From: an uncultured Gemmatimonadales bacterium
Lineage (GTDB): Bacteria > Gemmatimonadota > Gemmatimonadetes > Longimicrobiales > RSA9
Length of the DNA: 64,000 bases
Assembly (NCBI GenBank): GCA_963728445.1
Contig: CAVSJO010000003.1
Coordinates: forward strand, 30,083 to 94,082
Reading direction: 5' to 3'
Of the stretch, positions 1 through 9,330 are shown piece by piece; position 1 is the stretch's first letter, and every line of letters starts with the position of its first letter. The position numbers were made by a program, and so were the translations under genes. A model generated the notes under the pieces. It ran no database searches. It had not been told where the DNA came from and worked only from the letters and a program-made list of their open reading frames with translations.

Positions 1-2356
1 CCGCTCCGACGACGGCGGGACGACCTGGCGCCTGACGGATGACGAGGACCGGATCTGGCACCGGGGCTGGTACTTCGGCAGCGTGAGCGTGGACCCGAAA
101 GACCCTGACGTCGTCTACGTCATGAACACGTCGGCGTACCGCTCGACGGACGGGGGAAAGACGTTCGAGGCGTTCAAGGGCGCGCCCGGCGGGGACGACT
201 ACCACCAGCTCTGGATCAATCCCCGGGATCCGACGCGCATGATCCTGGCCGTCGACCAGGGCGTCATCGTGAGCGTGAACGGCGGCCGGAGCTGGAGCTC
301 GTGGAACAACCAGCCGACGGGCCAGTTCTACCACGTCATCACCGACGACCGCTTCCCCTACCACGTGTACGGCTCGGAGCAGGACAGCGGCGCCCGGGAG
401 ATCGTGAGCCGCAGCAGCGGCTTCGGCGGCATCAGCTTCCACGACTGGGGCAACGCGTGCGCAGGCGGCGAAAGCGGCTACGTGGCCGTCGACCCGTCGA
501 ACTGGGCGATCCTCTTCGGCACGTCGTACGACGGATCCGTCACCCGCTGCGACCAGCGCACCGGCGTGCGCCAGGACGTGTCGCCGACGCTCGCCTATCC
601 GGACAGCGACTTCCAGTCGAAGTGGACCATGCCCGTGGTCTTCTCCCACGCCCGCAGCGCGGGCACACACGCCCTCTTCTTCGGGGACGACTACGTATGG
701 CGCAGCACCGACAGCGGCCAGAGCTGGACCCGGGCGAGTCCGATCCTGACCCGGAAGGACCCGGGTGCGCCGCCCAACCTGGACCCGGCGACCGCCGCGG
801 ACCTGACCGCCCTCGAGCGCGCCGGCGACCACTGGGGCGTCGTCTTCACCATCGCGCCCTCTCCCGTCGACGGGAACGTCGTGTGGGCCGGCACCGACGA
901 CGGCCTGCTCTGGCGCACGAGCGACGGATCGACCTGGAAGAACGTGACACCGAAGGGCGTGACGCCGTGGAGCACCGTGTCCATGATCGAGGCGTCCCAC
1001 ACGCGGCCGGCGGAGGCGTATGCGGCCGTGGACCGGCACGCCCTCGACGACTTCGATCCGCACCTGTACCGGACGCGGGACGGCGGCGCGACGTGGCAGG
1101 AGCTGGACGCCGGGATCCCGAAGGGCGCCTACCTCCACGCGGTACGGGAGGACCCCGTGCGGCCGGGCCTCCTCTTCGCCGGCAGCGAGCTGGGGCCGTA
1201 CGTGTCCTTCGACGACGGCGACCACTGGCAGCCCCTGCGGCTGAACCTGCCCGTCACGTCCATCCGCGACTTCGACGTACGGGACAACGATCTCGTCGTC
1301 GCGACTCACGGCCGGGCGTTCTGGATCCTGGACGACCTCGCGCCGCTCCGGCAGGTCGACGCCCGCGTGGCCGCCGCGCCCGTCTGGCTGTTCCGACCCG
1401 ACACCGCCACGCTCGTGCGGAGCCGGAGCCGCGGCGCGCCGGACACGGCCGTCGCGCCGTACATGGACCCCGTCGAGCTCGCTGCCGGCGAGAACCCGCC
1501 CGGCGGCGCCGTGCTGGACTACGTCCTCGCGGCAGCGGCGGACTCCGTCAGCCTCGAGGTCGTTGACGCTGCAGGCGACGTCGTCCAGCGCTGGACCAGC
1601 ACCGAGAAGCCGCGCCGCCGGGATCCGCGCACGATGGACGTTCCCGCCGCCTGGGCCGGCATCCCCGACGTGCTGGCCGCCGGGGCGGGCATGCACCGGT
1701 GGAGCTGGGACCTCCACTACTCGCTGTCCGGCGGAGGCGGCGGTGGTGGCTTCTTCGGCGGCGGCGGGCCCTGGGCACCTCCGGGGGACTACACCGTCCG
1801 TCTGAGCGTGGACGGCCGGACGTACGAACAGCCCCTCACGGTGCGCCCGGACCCGAACGACGGCGTCCCCGCAGCGGCGCTGGCGGCCCAGCTCGGCATG
1901 GCCCGGCGCGTCCACGCCGCGTCGGAGCGCGCGGGAGACGCCATCCGGCAGGTCGGATCGCTCCGGGCAGCCATCGACTCCGCCCAGGAAAAAGCGAGCG
2001 CCGCCGGACACCCGGAGCTCGCCAAGGCCCTCGCCAGCCTCGACGAGCGCGCCCACGACCTTCTGGGCCGGGAGGCGAAGCCCAACCCCGACGCCGCCGG
2101 CGTCGGGGACGGCGGACCCGCGCCGGGCACGCTGCTCTACCTGCGGAGCTATCTGGCGGGACTGGAGCGGAGCGTCACCAGCGGAGACTTCCCGCCCAGC
2201 GCCCAGGCGCGGGAGGGATTCCGAAAGGCGAGCAGCTCCCTCGACGAGACGCTGGCGGACTGGGCGGCGCTCCGAAGCGGCGACGTCGCCCGTCTCGACG
2301 CACGGCTCCGGAGCGCAGGCCTCCCGCGCCTCGGCCCGTCGCGTCCGGAGCGGTAG
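1..2356 (+). CDS. Exported VPS10/sortilin-like (BNR/Asp-box) beta-propeller glycosyl-hydrolase-like protein, 5'-truncated by the window edge
   Basis: The frame is open from position 2 (RSDDGGTTWR...WYFGSV). It has repeated SxDxGxTW Asp-boxes (STDGGKTF, SVNGGRSW, STDSGQSW, TRDGGATW, SFDDGDHW), a PPGDYTVRL Ig-like segment and a helical C-terminus. Confidence 0.75.
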   Translation, partial: RSDDGGTTWRLTDDEDRIWHRGWYFGSVSVDPKDPDVVYVMNTSAYRSTDGGKTFEAFKGAPGGDDYHQLWINPRDPTRMILAVDQGVIVSVNGGRSWSSWNNQPTGQFYHVITDDRFPYHVYGSEQDSGAREIVSRSSGFGGISFHDWGNACAGGESGYVAVDPSNWAILFGTSYDGSVTRCDQRTGVRQDVSPTLAYPDSDFQSKWTMPVVFSHARSAGTHALFFGDDYVWRSTDSGQSWTRASPILTRKDPGAPPNLDPATAADLTALERAGDHWGVVFTIAPSPVDGNVVWAGTDDGLLWRTSDGSTWKNVTPKGVTPWSTVSMIEASHTRPAEAYAAVDRHALDDFDPHLYRTRDGGATWQELDAGIPKGAYLHAVREDPVRPGLLFAGSELGPYVSFDDGDHWQPLRLNLPVTSIRDFDVRDNDLVVATHGRAFWILDDLAPLRQVDARVAAAPVWLFRPDTATLVRSRSRGAPDTAVAPYMDPVELAAGENPPGGAVLDYVLAAAADSVSLEVVDAAGDVVQRWTSTEKPRRRDPRTMDVPAAWAGIPDVLAAGAGMHRWSWDLHYSLSGGGGGGGFFGGGGPWAPPGDYTVRLSVDGRTYEQPLTVRPDPNDGVPAAALAAQLGMARRVHAASERAGDAIRQVGSLRAAIDSAQEKASAAGHPELAKALASLDERAHDLLGREAKPNPDAAGVGDGGPAPGTLLYLRSYLAGLERSVTSGDFPPSAQAREGFRKASSSLDETLADWAALRSGDVARLDARLRSAGLPRLGPSRPER

Positions 2357-2413
2357 GCGAGTCCCTGTACCTCCCCTGCGCCGGCTCCCGGAGGAGCGCG
2401 GGCGCCGGAGAGC

Positions 2414-2827
2414 CTACACCGCCGCCGGCAGGTTTACCTGTATGTCCACCTCCGCGCCGTGGACCAGCGTGTTGTGCGCCGGGCAGCTCCGGGCGACGCG
2501 ATCCAGCATGTCCGCGTACGCCGGCGGCAGCGGCTCGGGCATGTGCACGCGAACGTCGAAGCGGCCGATGCGCCCCGGCGCGCGCTCGGTCCCGACCTCC
2601 ACGCGGAATCCCTCGTACGGGAGGCCCCGCGCATGGCAGAACTGCTGGACGTAGAGGGCGACGCACGTCCCGACCGACGCGCCGAGCAGCTCGAGGGGCA
2701 TCGGCGCCGCGTCATCGCCCACGCCCTCGGGCTGGTCAACCAGCACCCGGTGGCCCCGGATGTTCGCCGCGAACTGAAGGCCGCCCTCGTGTGTGACGAC
2801 CATCGGCGGCTGCGTGAAGTGGCCCAT
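2414..2827 (-). CDS. OsmC/Ohr family protein
   Basis: Contains PMPLELLGASVGTC and RSCPAHNTL (two conserved Cys). Start trimmed to the ATG at 2827, which has AGGAG upstream. Confidence 0.85.
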   Translation of the reverse strand: MGHFTQPPMVVTHEGGLQFAANIRGHRVLVDQPEGVGDDAAPMPLELLGASVGTCVALYVQQFCHARGLPYEGFRVEVGTERAPGRIGRFDVRVHMPEPLPPAYADMLDRVARSCPAHNTLVHGAEVDIQVNLPAAV

Positions 2828-2846
2828 CGGACTCCGCTCCTGTTCG

Positions 2847-2880
2847 GTTATATTACTACTGCGACATACAGTAGTATAAC
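2847..2880. promoter_or_regulatory. AT-rich inverted repeat (putative operator) over the osmC-family promoter
   Basis: TACTACTG-N7-CAGTAGTA (2854-2876) flanked by GTTA...TAAC. It overlaps a minus-strand TATACT -10-like hexamer (2878-2873). Confidence 0.6.
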
Positions 2881-3006
2881 GCAGCGGGCGCGCGTCTGGA
2901 CAGGGGGACGTGGACGGCCGGAAAGGGCGCCGGTGGGTCGATCGGCCGGGGACTTGCAACGGCTGCCGCAGAGCGCCGAAAATCCGTCACACATAGGGGT
3001 GAACCG

Positions 3007-3408
3007 ATGAGACCGACACGATCGGCAGGGCTCGTGCTACTGGTGGGCTGCGTGCTCTCGGGTGGCTGTGTGGCGGCCGCCGGAGCCGCAGCGGGGGCGG
3101 GTGCCGCGACGTACGTGCAGAACCAGAAGAAGGAGTCGGTTGCGAAGGTCGACCCGGCGACCGCCGCCGACTGGACGCGGTCGGCGTTCGAGCAGCTCGG
3201 CATCACGGTGACGAAGACCGAGGAAGAGAAGGACGGTGCCGAGCGGGAGATCCACGGCAAGAACGGCTCGACGGAGGTCTCGGTCCACCTGGACGGGCAG
3301 GCGGACGGGACCACGAAGGTCCAGGTGACGGCGAAGATCAACCCGGTCAACTACGACGGGGACTACGCGCAGAAAGTGCTCGACACGATCCTGAAGCAGG
3401 GCGGCTGA
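3007..3408 (+). CDS. DUF3568-like lipoprotein
   Basis: Lipobox LSGGC followed by VAAAGAAAGAGAATY, with a C-terminal 'YAQKVLDTI' helix typical of the family. Confidence 0.6.
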   Translation: MRPTRSAGLVLLVGCVLSGGCVAAAGAAAGAGAATYVQNQKKESVAKVDPATAADWTRSAFEQLGITVTKTEEEKDGAEREIHGKNGSTEVSVHLDGQADGTTKVQVTAKINPVNYDGDYAQKVLDTILKQGG

Positions 3409-3479
3409 CCCTGTCATCCCCGGAGGTCGATTCCGGCCTTGCGGCGCGGGCGGCATCGACGCTGCGATGGAGCCTGCGT

Positions 3480-5505
3480 ATGCGGCTCGCCGCGAAGATC
3501 CTCGCGGCAGGGTCTCTCGCCATCGGCGTCATCGTCCTCACGGTGGGCTGGGGGATGGACGTCGCCGCTGCACGGACGGTCCTCCCCGGGCTCATCCACA
3601 TGGCCCCGCTCACCGCGACCGGCCTGACGCTGGGGGCCACGTCGCTGCTGCTTCTCATCGCCCGGGGGCCGGAGAGCCGAACTGCCCGCTTCTTGTCGGC
3701 GCTGCTCCTCCTCCTTGGCCTCGTGATCCTGGCCGAGTACGTACTAGGGGTGGACGCCCGGATCGACAACGTGCTGTTCCCGGAGTCGCTGGGTCGCACG
3801 AGCGTGCGCTTCCCCGGGCGCCCGGCGCCGAACACGGCGTTCGGGCTCGTCCTGCTCGGGTTGTCTCTGCTGACATTTCGCTGGAACCGTCAGCGTTCCC
3901 GCAACGTCTCGCCGGCGCTGGCGCTGGTGGCCGGGCTCATCGCGCTCCAGGCGGTTATCGGATACGCCATCGGCGTGGCGCCGCTCTACCGCGTCTCGGT
4001 CTTCTCGCCCATCGCGGTCCATACGGGAGTCGGAATCCTTCTCCTGTCCGCTGCGACCCTCTGTGCACTGCCCGACCGCGGGCTGACGCGGCTCATGATC
4101 GACGAGGGCCCGAGCGGCTACATCGCGCGACGCCTCGTCCCAGTGGCAGTGCTCGCTCCCTTCCTCATCGAGTGGCTCGAGCTGCAGGGCGAGCGTCATC
4201 GGCTGTTCGGCAGCGACGTCGGAACCTCCCTCGTCATCGTGGCGGGACTCGTGGTCACGGGCGGGGCCGTCTGGGCGAGCGCCGTCGTATTGTCAGCGGC
4301 CGAGGAGCAGCGCCGTGGGGCGGAACGGGCGCTGCGAGAGAGCGAGGCACGCTTCCGCACCCTGGCCGACAACATTCCGCAGCTCGCGTGGATGGCCGAT
4401 CCGAGCGGTGCCATTTTCTGGTACAACCGGCGATGGTTCGAGTACACGGGGACCACGCTGGACGGCATGCGGGGTTGGGGATGGCAGGCCGTGCACCACC
4501 CGGACCGGGTCGACGGCGTGACGGCGCGGTTCCGGGCGGCGATCGAGGCGGGTCGGGAGTGGGAGGACACGTTTCCGCTGCGTGGTCGCGACGGTGAGTA
4601 CCGCTGGTTCCTGTCCCGCGCCCAGCCGATCCGGGACGAGGCTGGACGCGTGGTGCGGTGGTTCGGCACGAACACCGACGTGACGGAGGACCGCCTGGCC
4701 GCGGAGGAGCGGGAGCACCTGCTCCGGGAGGCCGACTCGGCCAATCGCGCCAAGGCCGACTTCCTTGCGACGATGAGTCACGAGCTCCGAACGCCCCTCA
4801 ACGCCATCATCGGCTACGCCGACCTCCTCGACCTCGGCACACCGGATGCCCTCCCCGAAAAGGCGAACTTCTACGTGGAGCGGATCCGCCTGGCCGCACG
4901 GCACCAGAAGCAGCTCATCGAGGACGTGCTGACGTTCAGCCGTCTCGAGGCCGGCGGCGAGCGGGCGGTCCTCGAGGACTGTCGACGTGGCGGACCTGCT
5001 CGGCGAGATCTTCGCGGTGGTGGCTCCTCTGGCCGACCGGAAGGGGCTGGAGCTGGTCCTCGACGACGAGGCAGCCCCGCCCTCGGTCCGAACCGACGCG
5101 CGAAAGCTGCGACAGATCCTGCTCAACCTCGTGGGCAACGCCATCAAGTTCACGGGCGAGGGGCGGGTCACCCTCCGGTTCGCCCAGCGGGAGGCGCGCC
5201 TTTCCATCGTCGTCGAGGACACGGGCATCGGCATCGAGCCCGAGCAGAGGGCTCACCTCTTCGACGCATTCTGGCAGGGTGACCACTCCCTGACCCGAAC
5301 CTCGGAGGGCAGTGGCCTGGGGCTGTCGATTTCGCGGCGCTTCGCGCGGCTCCTCGGCGGGGAGATCTACGTGGACAGCACGGTCGGATCGGGCAGCACG
5401 TTCACGCTGGAGCTTCCACTCGAGCCGGACGCTGCGGCCAGGGCGGAGGGCTCCGACAGCGACGGCGCCGAGGCCGGGGCTTTTCCGGATTCGTCCGCGC
5501 CGTAG
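3480..5505 (+). CDS. Membrane PAS/PAC sensor histidine kinase, interrupted by a +1 frameshift at about 4980
   Basis: Multi-TM N-terminus, PAS ([14 protein letters not shown]), H-box [13 protein letters not shown]-box [10 protein letters not shown] and G-boxes DTGIGI / GSGLGL lie in the next frame; removing T4980 (GAC-T-GTC-GAC) restores one ORF. Confidence 0.85.
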
Positions 5506-5518
5506 ATTTCAGGTCGTG

Positions 5519-6423
5519 ATGCCCGCCCTGACCGAGTCCGCCGACCCCCACGCCATCCGGCCCGTTCTCGACGTGCTGCGCGGCCGCCGCGTCGTCGTGC
5601 TGGCGGGCGCCGGGTGCAGCACGGAATCCGGCATCCCCGACTACCGGGGCCCCGACGGCAGCCTGCGCAACCGCAAGCCCATGCAGTACTCGGAGTTCGT
5701 GCGCAGCGCCGCGTCCCGCGCCCGCTACTGGGCCCGCAGCTCCGTCGGATGGACCCGCATCGCGACCGCCCGCCCCAACGCCGGACACCGCGCCCTCGCG
5801 GACCTCGAGGACGCGGGCGTGGTGCAGGGCGTCATCACCCAGAACGTGGACGGACTCCACCACGCGGCGGGCAGCCGGCGGGTGGTGGAGCTGCACGGCT
5901 CGCTGGCCCGGGTCCGCTGCCTCGACTGCGGCGCCGACGTCAACCGGGACGACTATCAGGACCGGCTTCTGCACGCGAACCCCACCTGGGCCCGGCGCCT
6001 GCGGAGCGGGAAGGGTCCCGACGCCGTCGCGCCCGGCGCCGAGATGGCGCCCGACGTCGAGATCGCGCCCGACGGCGACGCCGAGCTGCCCGCGGACGCC
6101 CACGCAGGCTTCGCCGTGCCCGGATGTGACGGCGTGCGGGGGGACCATGAAGCCGGACGTCGTCTTCTTCGGAGAGTCGGTTCCGCGGCCGCGCGTCGAG
6201 GAGGCGTGGCAGCTCTTCGAGGACGGGGACGCGCTGCTCGTCGTGGGTTCCTCGCTGACCGTCTACTCCGGCCGCCGGTTCACGGACCGGGCGCGCCGCG
6301 ACGGTGATCCCCATCGCCGTGGTGAATCTCGGCCCGACCCGGGCGGACGATGCCGCGGCGGCGAAGGTCGACGGCCCCCTGGGCTCGGTCCTGCCCCGCC
6401 TCGCCGGCGCGCTCCTGGCGTGA
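5519..6423 (+). CDS. NAD-dependent protein deacylase, sirtuin (class II / SIRT4-like), with two +1 frameshifts (about 6131 and 6306)
   Basis: Motifs [31 protein letters not shown]...C(D)AC zinc site, [14 protein letters not shown] and (after the second shift) [12 protein letters not shown]. Confidence 0.85.
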
Positions 6424-6451
6424 GGTCCGTCCGGCTCCGGGCCCAGCGCGC

Positions 6452-8182
6452 GTGACCCACGCTGCGGGCGAAGCGGGGCTCGGCCGTGCGCTGCGCGTCC
6501 TCGACACCGCCACCGCGCGCGCCCGGATCGGGCCCGGCGCCGCCCGACTGGGCCATCCGAACTGGACGCTGCCCGACGTCGACCCGGAGGGTGTCGGCTC
6601 TGCGGCCGACGAGGCGGCTGCGCTGCTGCGGGAGATCGAAACGATCCCGGCCGACCGCCTGCCCGACCCCGTCGCGGTCGCGCTGCGGCTGGCGCGGCAT
6701 CAGCTCGAAGCTCGCGTGCTCGCGGACGATCTGTACTGGCTCGCGTTCGACCCCGTGGGCATCGGCTTCTTCGGAATGTTCGCCGCCACTCCATACTGCG
6801 GTGGCCTGGCCGTCCAGACGCTGGCGGAGATGGCCCGCGCCCTGCCCTTCCGTCACTCCGGCGACCTCGACCGCTGCCTGGCCTTCGCCGCCGACTGCGC
6901 CCGCTTCATCGAGCAACTCGCGGCGCGAACGCGGGGGCAGGCGGAGCGCGGCATCCGCATGCCGCGACCACAGCTCGAGCAGGCCCGTACCCTCCTGCCC
7001 GGCCTGGCCGCCCTGCTGACGGACGCGTTTCGAGACTCGGCCCGGGCAGCGGGAGCCCGCGCCACGGAAGGCTTTCGTGCGACGCTGGCCGAGCGGCTGG
7101 ACGGGCCGCTCGCACGGGCGTTCGAGTCCCTCACCCGCTCCGTCGCCGAGGGCGGTGAGGGGCCGGAGTCGGTGGGACTGGGGCAGTACGGGAACGGCGA
7201 CGTCGCCTACGCGCGGCTCGTCCGTTTCCACACGACCCGGAAGCTGAGCCCGCGGGAGGTGCACGAGGCCGGACTGGAGCGGATGGAGCGGGTGCGCGCC
7301 GGCATGGCCGCGGCACGGGCGGAGGCAGGTGCGGACGGGGATGACCGGGCGTACGCCGCGGCGCTGGACGCCGATCCGACCTGGCGCCGGACGGACGCCG
7401 AAGGGATCGCGTCCCTCTTCGAGGAGTACGCCGAGCGCCTCGAGCCCGCGTACGACGAGGTCTTCGACGTGCGCCCCGCCCATCCGTCCGCCGCTACACC
7501 GCTGCCGCACGCCCTCGAAGGCTCGATGACGTTCGGCTACTACCGCTCGCCGACGCCGGCCCACCCGACGGGGGAGTACGTCTTCAACGCGGCCAACCTG
7601 TCACGGCGCGGGCTGTACCACGTAGGGGCCCTCGCGTACCACGAGCTGGTGCCGGGTCATCACCTGCACCTGTCCGTCCAGAGCGCCGACCGCGATTTCC
7701 ACCCCCTGCACGCGCTCGCGTTCGTGAACGCCTTCAACGAGGGCTGGGCCGAGTACGCCGCCACCCTCGCGGGGGAGCTGGGGCTGTACCGGACGCCCGC
7801 CGAGCGCTTCGGACGGCTTACCATGGACGCGTTCCTCACGTCCCGTCTCGTCGTCGACACCGGCATGAACGCCCTCGGCTGGTCGCTGGAGGAGGGCCGC
7901 GCGTACCTGCGGGAGAACGCCTTCCTCCCCGAGCGGGAGGTCCGCACGGAGTCGATCCGCTACTCCTGCGACCTGCCCGCACAGGCGCTCGCCTACAAGC
8001 TGGGCGACGACGCCATCGTCCGCCTGCGGGACGCGACCCGGCGACGACTCGGCGACCGCTTCGACCTGCGCGCCTTCCATCGCGCCGTGCTGCGCCCCGG
8101 CGCGCTGGCGCTCCCGGACCTCGAGTGGTGGGTCGAGCGCCGCACGGGGGCGACGAAGCTTTCCGGCCACGTCGCCTACTGA
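6452..8182 (+). CDS. DUF885 family protein (putative metallopeptidase); start uncertain
   Basis: Motifs YHELVPGHHLHL, AFNEGWAEYA, RLVVDTGMN and QALAYKLG...FDLRAFH. GTG at 6452 is the first in-frame start after the sirtuin stop. Confidence 0.8.
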   Translation: MTHAAGEAGLGRALRVLDTATARARIGPGAARLGHPNWTLPDVDPEGVGSAADEAAALLREIETIPADRLPDPVAVALRLARHQLEARVLADDLYWLAFDPVGIGFFGMFAATPYCGGLAVQTLAEMARALPFRHSGDLDRCLAFAADCARFIEQLAARTRGQAERGIRMPRPQLEQARTLLPGLAALLTDAFRDSARAAGARATEGFRATLAERLDGPLARAFESLTRSVAEGGEGPESVGLGQYGNGDVAYARLVRFHTTRKLSPREVHEAGLERMERVRAGMAAARAEAGADGDDRAYAAALDADPTWRRTDAEGIASLFEEYAERLEPAYDEVFDVRPAHPSAATPLPHALEGSMTFGYYRSPTPAHPTGEYVFNAANLSRRGLYHVGALAYHELVPGHHLHLSVQSADRDFHPLHALAFVNAFNEGWAEYAATLAGELGLYRTPAERFGRLTMDAFLTSRLVVDTGMNALGWSLEEGRAYLRENAFLPEREVRTESIRYSCDLPAQALAYKLGDDAIVRLRDATRRRLGDRFDLRAFHRAVLRPGALALPDLEWWVERRTGATKLSGHVAY

Positions 8183-9144
8183 ACGGTGAACGCCTGCACC
8201 ATTCCGTTCTCGGCGTTCTCCGAGATCCACGCGTAGCGCCCGGGCGTCAGGTCCACGGTGAAGTACGCCGTACCGGGCACGGGCACCTCCTGCACGCCGC
8301 CGATAAAGGTGGCTGGGGCCGGCGCGCGCAGCCCCGGCACGTTCATCCAGTCCATCCAGGGTGCGAGCTCCTGAGCGGACTGGCCCTCCTTCAGTCGGAC
8401 GACGTGGACGTCGTTGGCCAGGATGCCGCTCGCCGCCTTCTGGTAGTGGACCGCGACCGTGTGCCGTCCCGCCGGGACGGACGACGGCGCCTGCATGCCG
8501 CTGTCCCCGAACGTGATCTCGAGATCGGCCTGCGGCTCGGCGGCGCCGCTCTGCGCGGAGGTGACCGTGAGCTGCCGGGCCATGCCCAGGGACGTGTGGA
8601 AGGTGTTGTCCGGCGACTTCACGTAGCACTCGACGATGTACGTGCCGGGTTCGAGATGGACGGTCGCGACGGAGGTGTCGCCCGGCGCGGTGAGGCCGGC
8701 GCCGCCGTCCTGCGTCACCTGCCCGTACCACGCGGGGACCATTCTGCCCAGGAGCGCCGGCACGTCCGCCTTCTTCAGCGTACCGGCCTGGAGCCCGTTC
8801 CACGCGCTGTCGAAGGGCGCTCCCACCGCGGCGATGAAGTCCTGCAGGTTCTTGCCCTCCGGCAGGTGGTCCAGCACGAAGAAGTGGGTCTGCGCGCCGT
8901 TGTTCACGAACCGGAACGTCGTCCAGCCGGACGGGATGGAGTCGGGCGCGTCGAAGCCGAAGTCGTGTGCCGTCACGGACACGGCGTCGGGCGACGTCGC
9001 GGCATCGGCGCTCGCACTCGACGCGGCGGCGGCGCCGGCGCCGGCGCCGGCACCGGCGGCCGCGTCGCCGGAGTCCGGCGCTCCACAGGCCGCGAGGGAC
9101 GTGGCGAGGGCGATGCCGATGGGCGTGATGGTCCCGATCTTCAT
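8176..9144 (-). CDS. Lipoprotein with two cupredoxin-like domains
   Basis: Lipobox SLAAC and an Ala/Gly linker. Domain 1 has H...YIVEC-x9-H-x4-M (type-1 copper pattern); domain 2 repeats the fold but lacks Cys and His. ATG at 9144 with GGAG upstream. Confidence 0.65.
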   Translation of the reverse strand: MKIGTITPIGIALATSLAACGAPDSGDAAAGAGAGAGAAAASSASADAATSPDAVSVTAHDFGFDAPDSIPSGWTTFRFVNNGAQTHFFVLDHLPEGKNLQDFIAAVGAPFDSAWNGLQAGTLKKADVPALLGRMVPAWYGQVTQDGGAGLTAPGDTSVATVHLEPGTYIVECYVKSPDNTFHTSLGMARQLTVTSAQSGAAEPQADLEITFGDSGMQAPSSVPAGRHTVAVHYQKAASGILANDVHVVRLKEGQSAQELAPWMDWMNVPGLRAPAPATFIGGVQEVPVPGTAYFTVDLTPGRYAWISENAENGMVQAFTVQ

Positions 9145-9330
9145 GGCGCTCCTCCGTCGGAAGTCACGAATGCGGGTCGTGCTGCGGGTGTCCGCCGTCG
9201 GATCCGGCAGACGACTTACCGTAGGTCCGGAAGTGTCCGCGCGCAAATCGCCCGCGGGTGCGGAGCCCGGGGCTCCGCCGTACAATTCACGCAACCCCGC
9301 ATCCGACCCCGAGACCGGTGACACACGACG

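Noticed and set aside
5519-6423. Sirtuin as an anti-phage SIR2 effector (ThsA, DSR, SIR2-HerA)
   Set aside because: It is a single-domain zinc-binding class II deacylase with no defence partner domains or genes.
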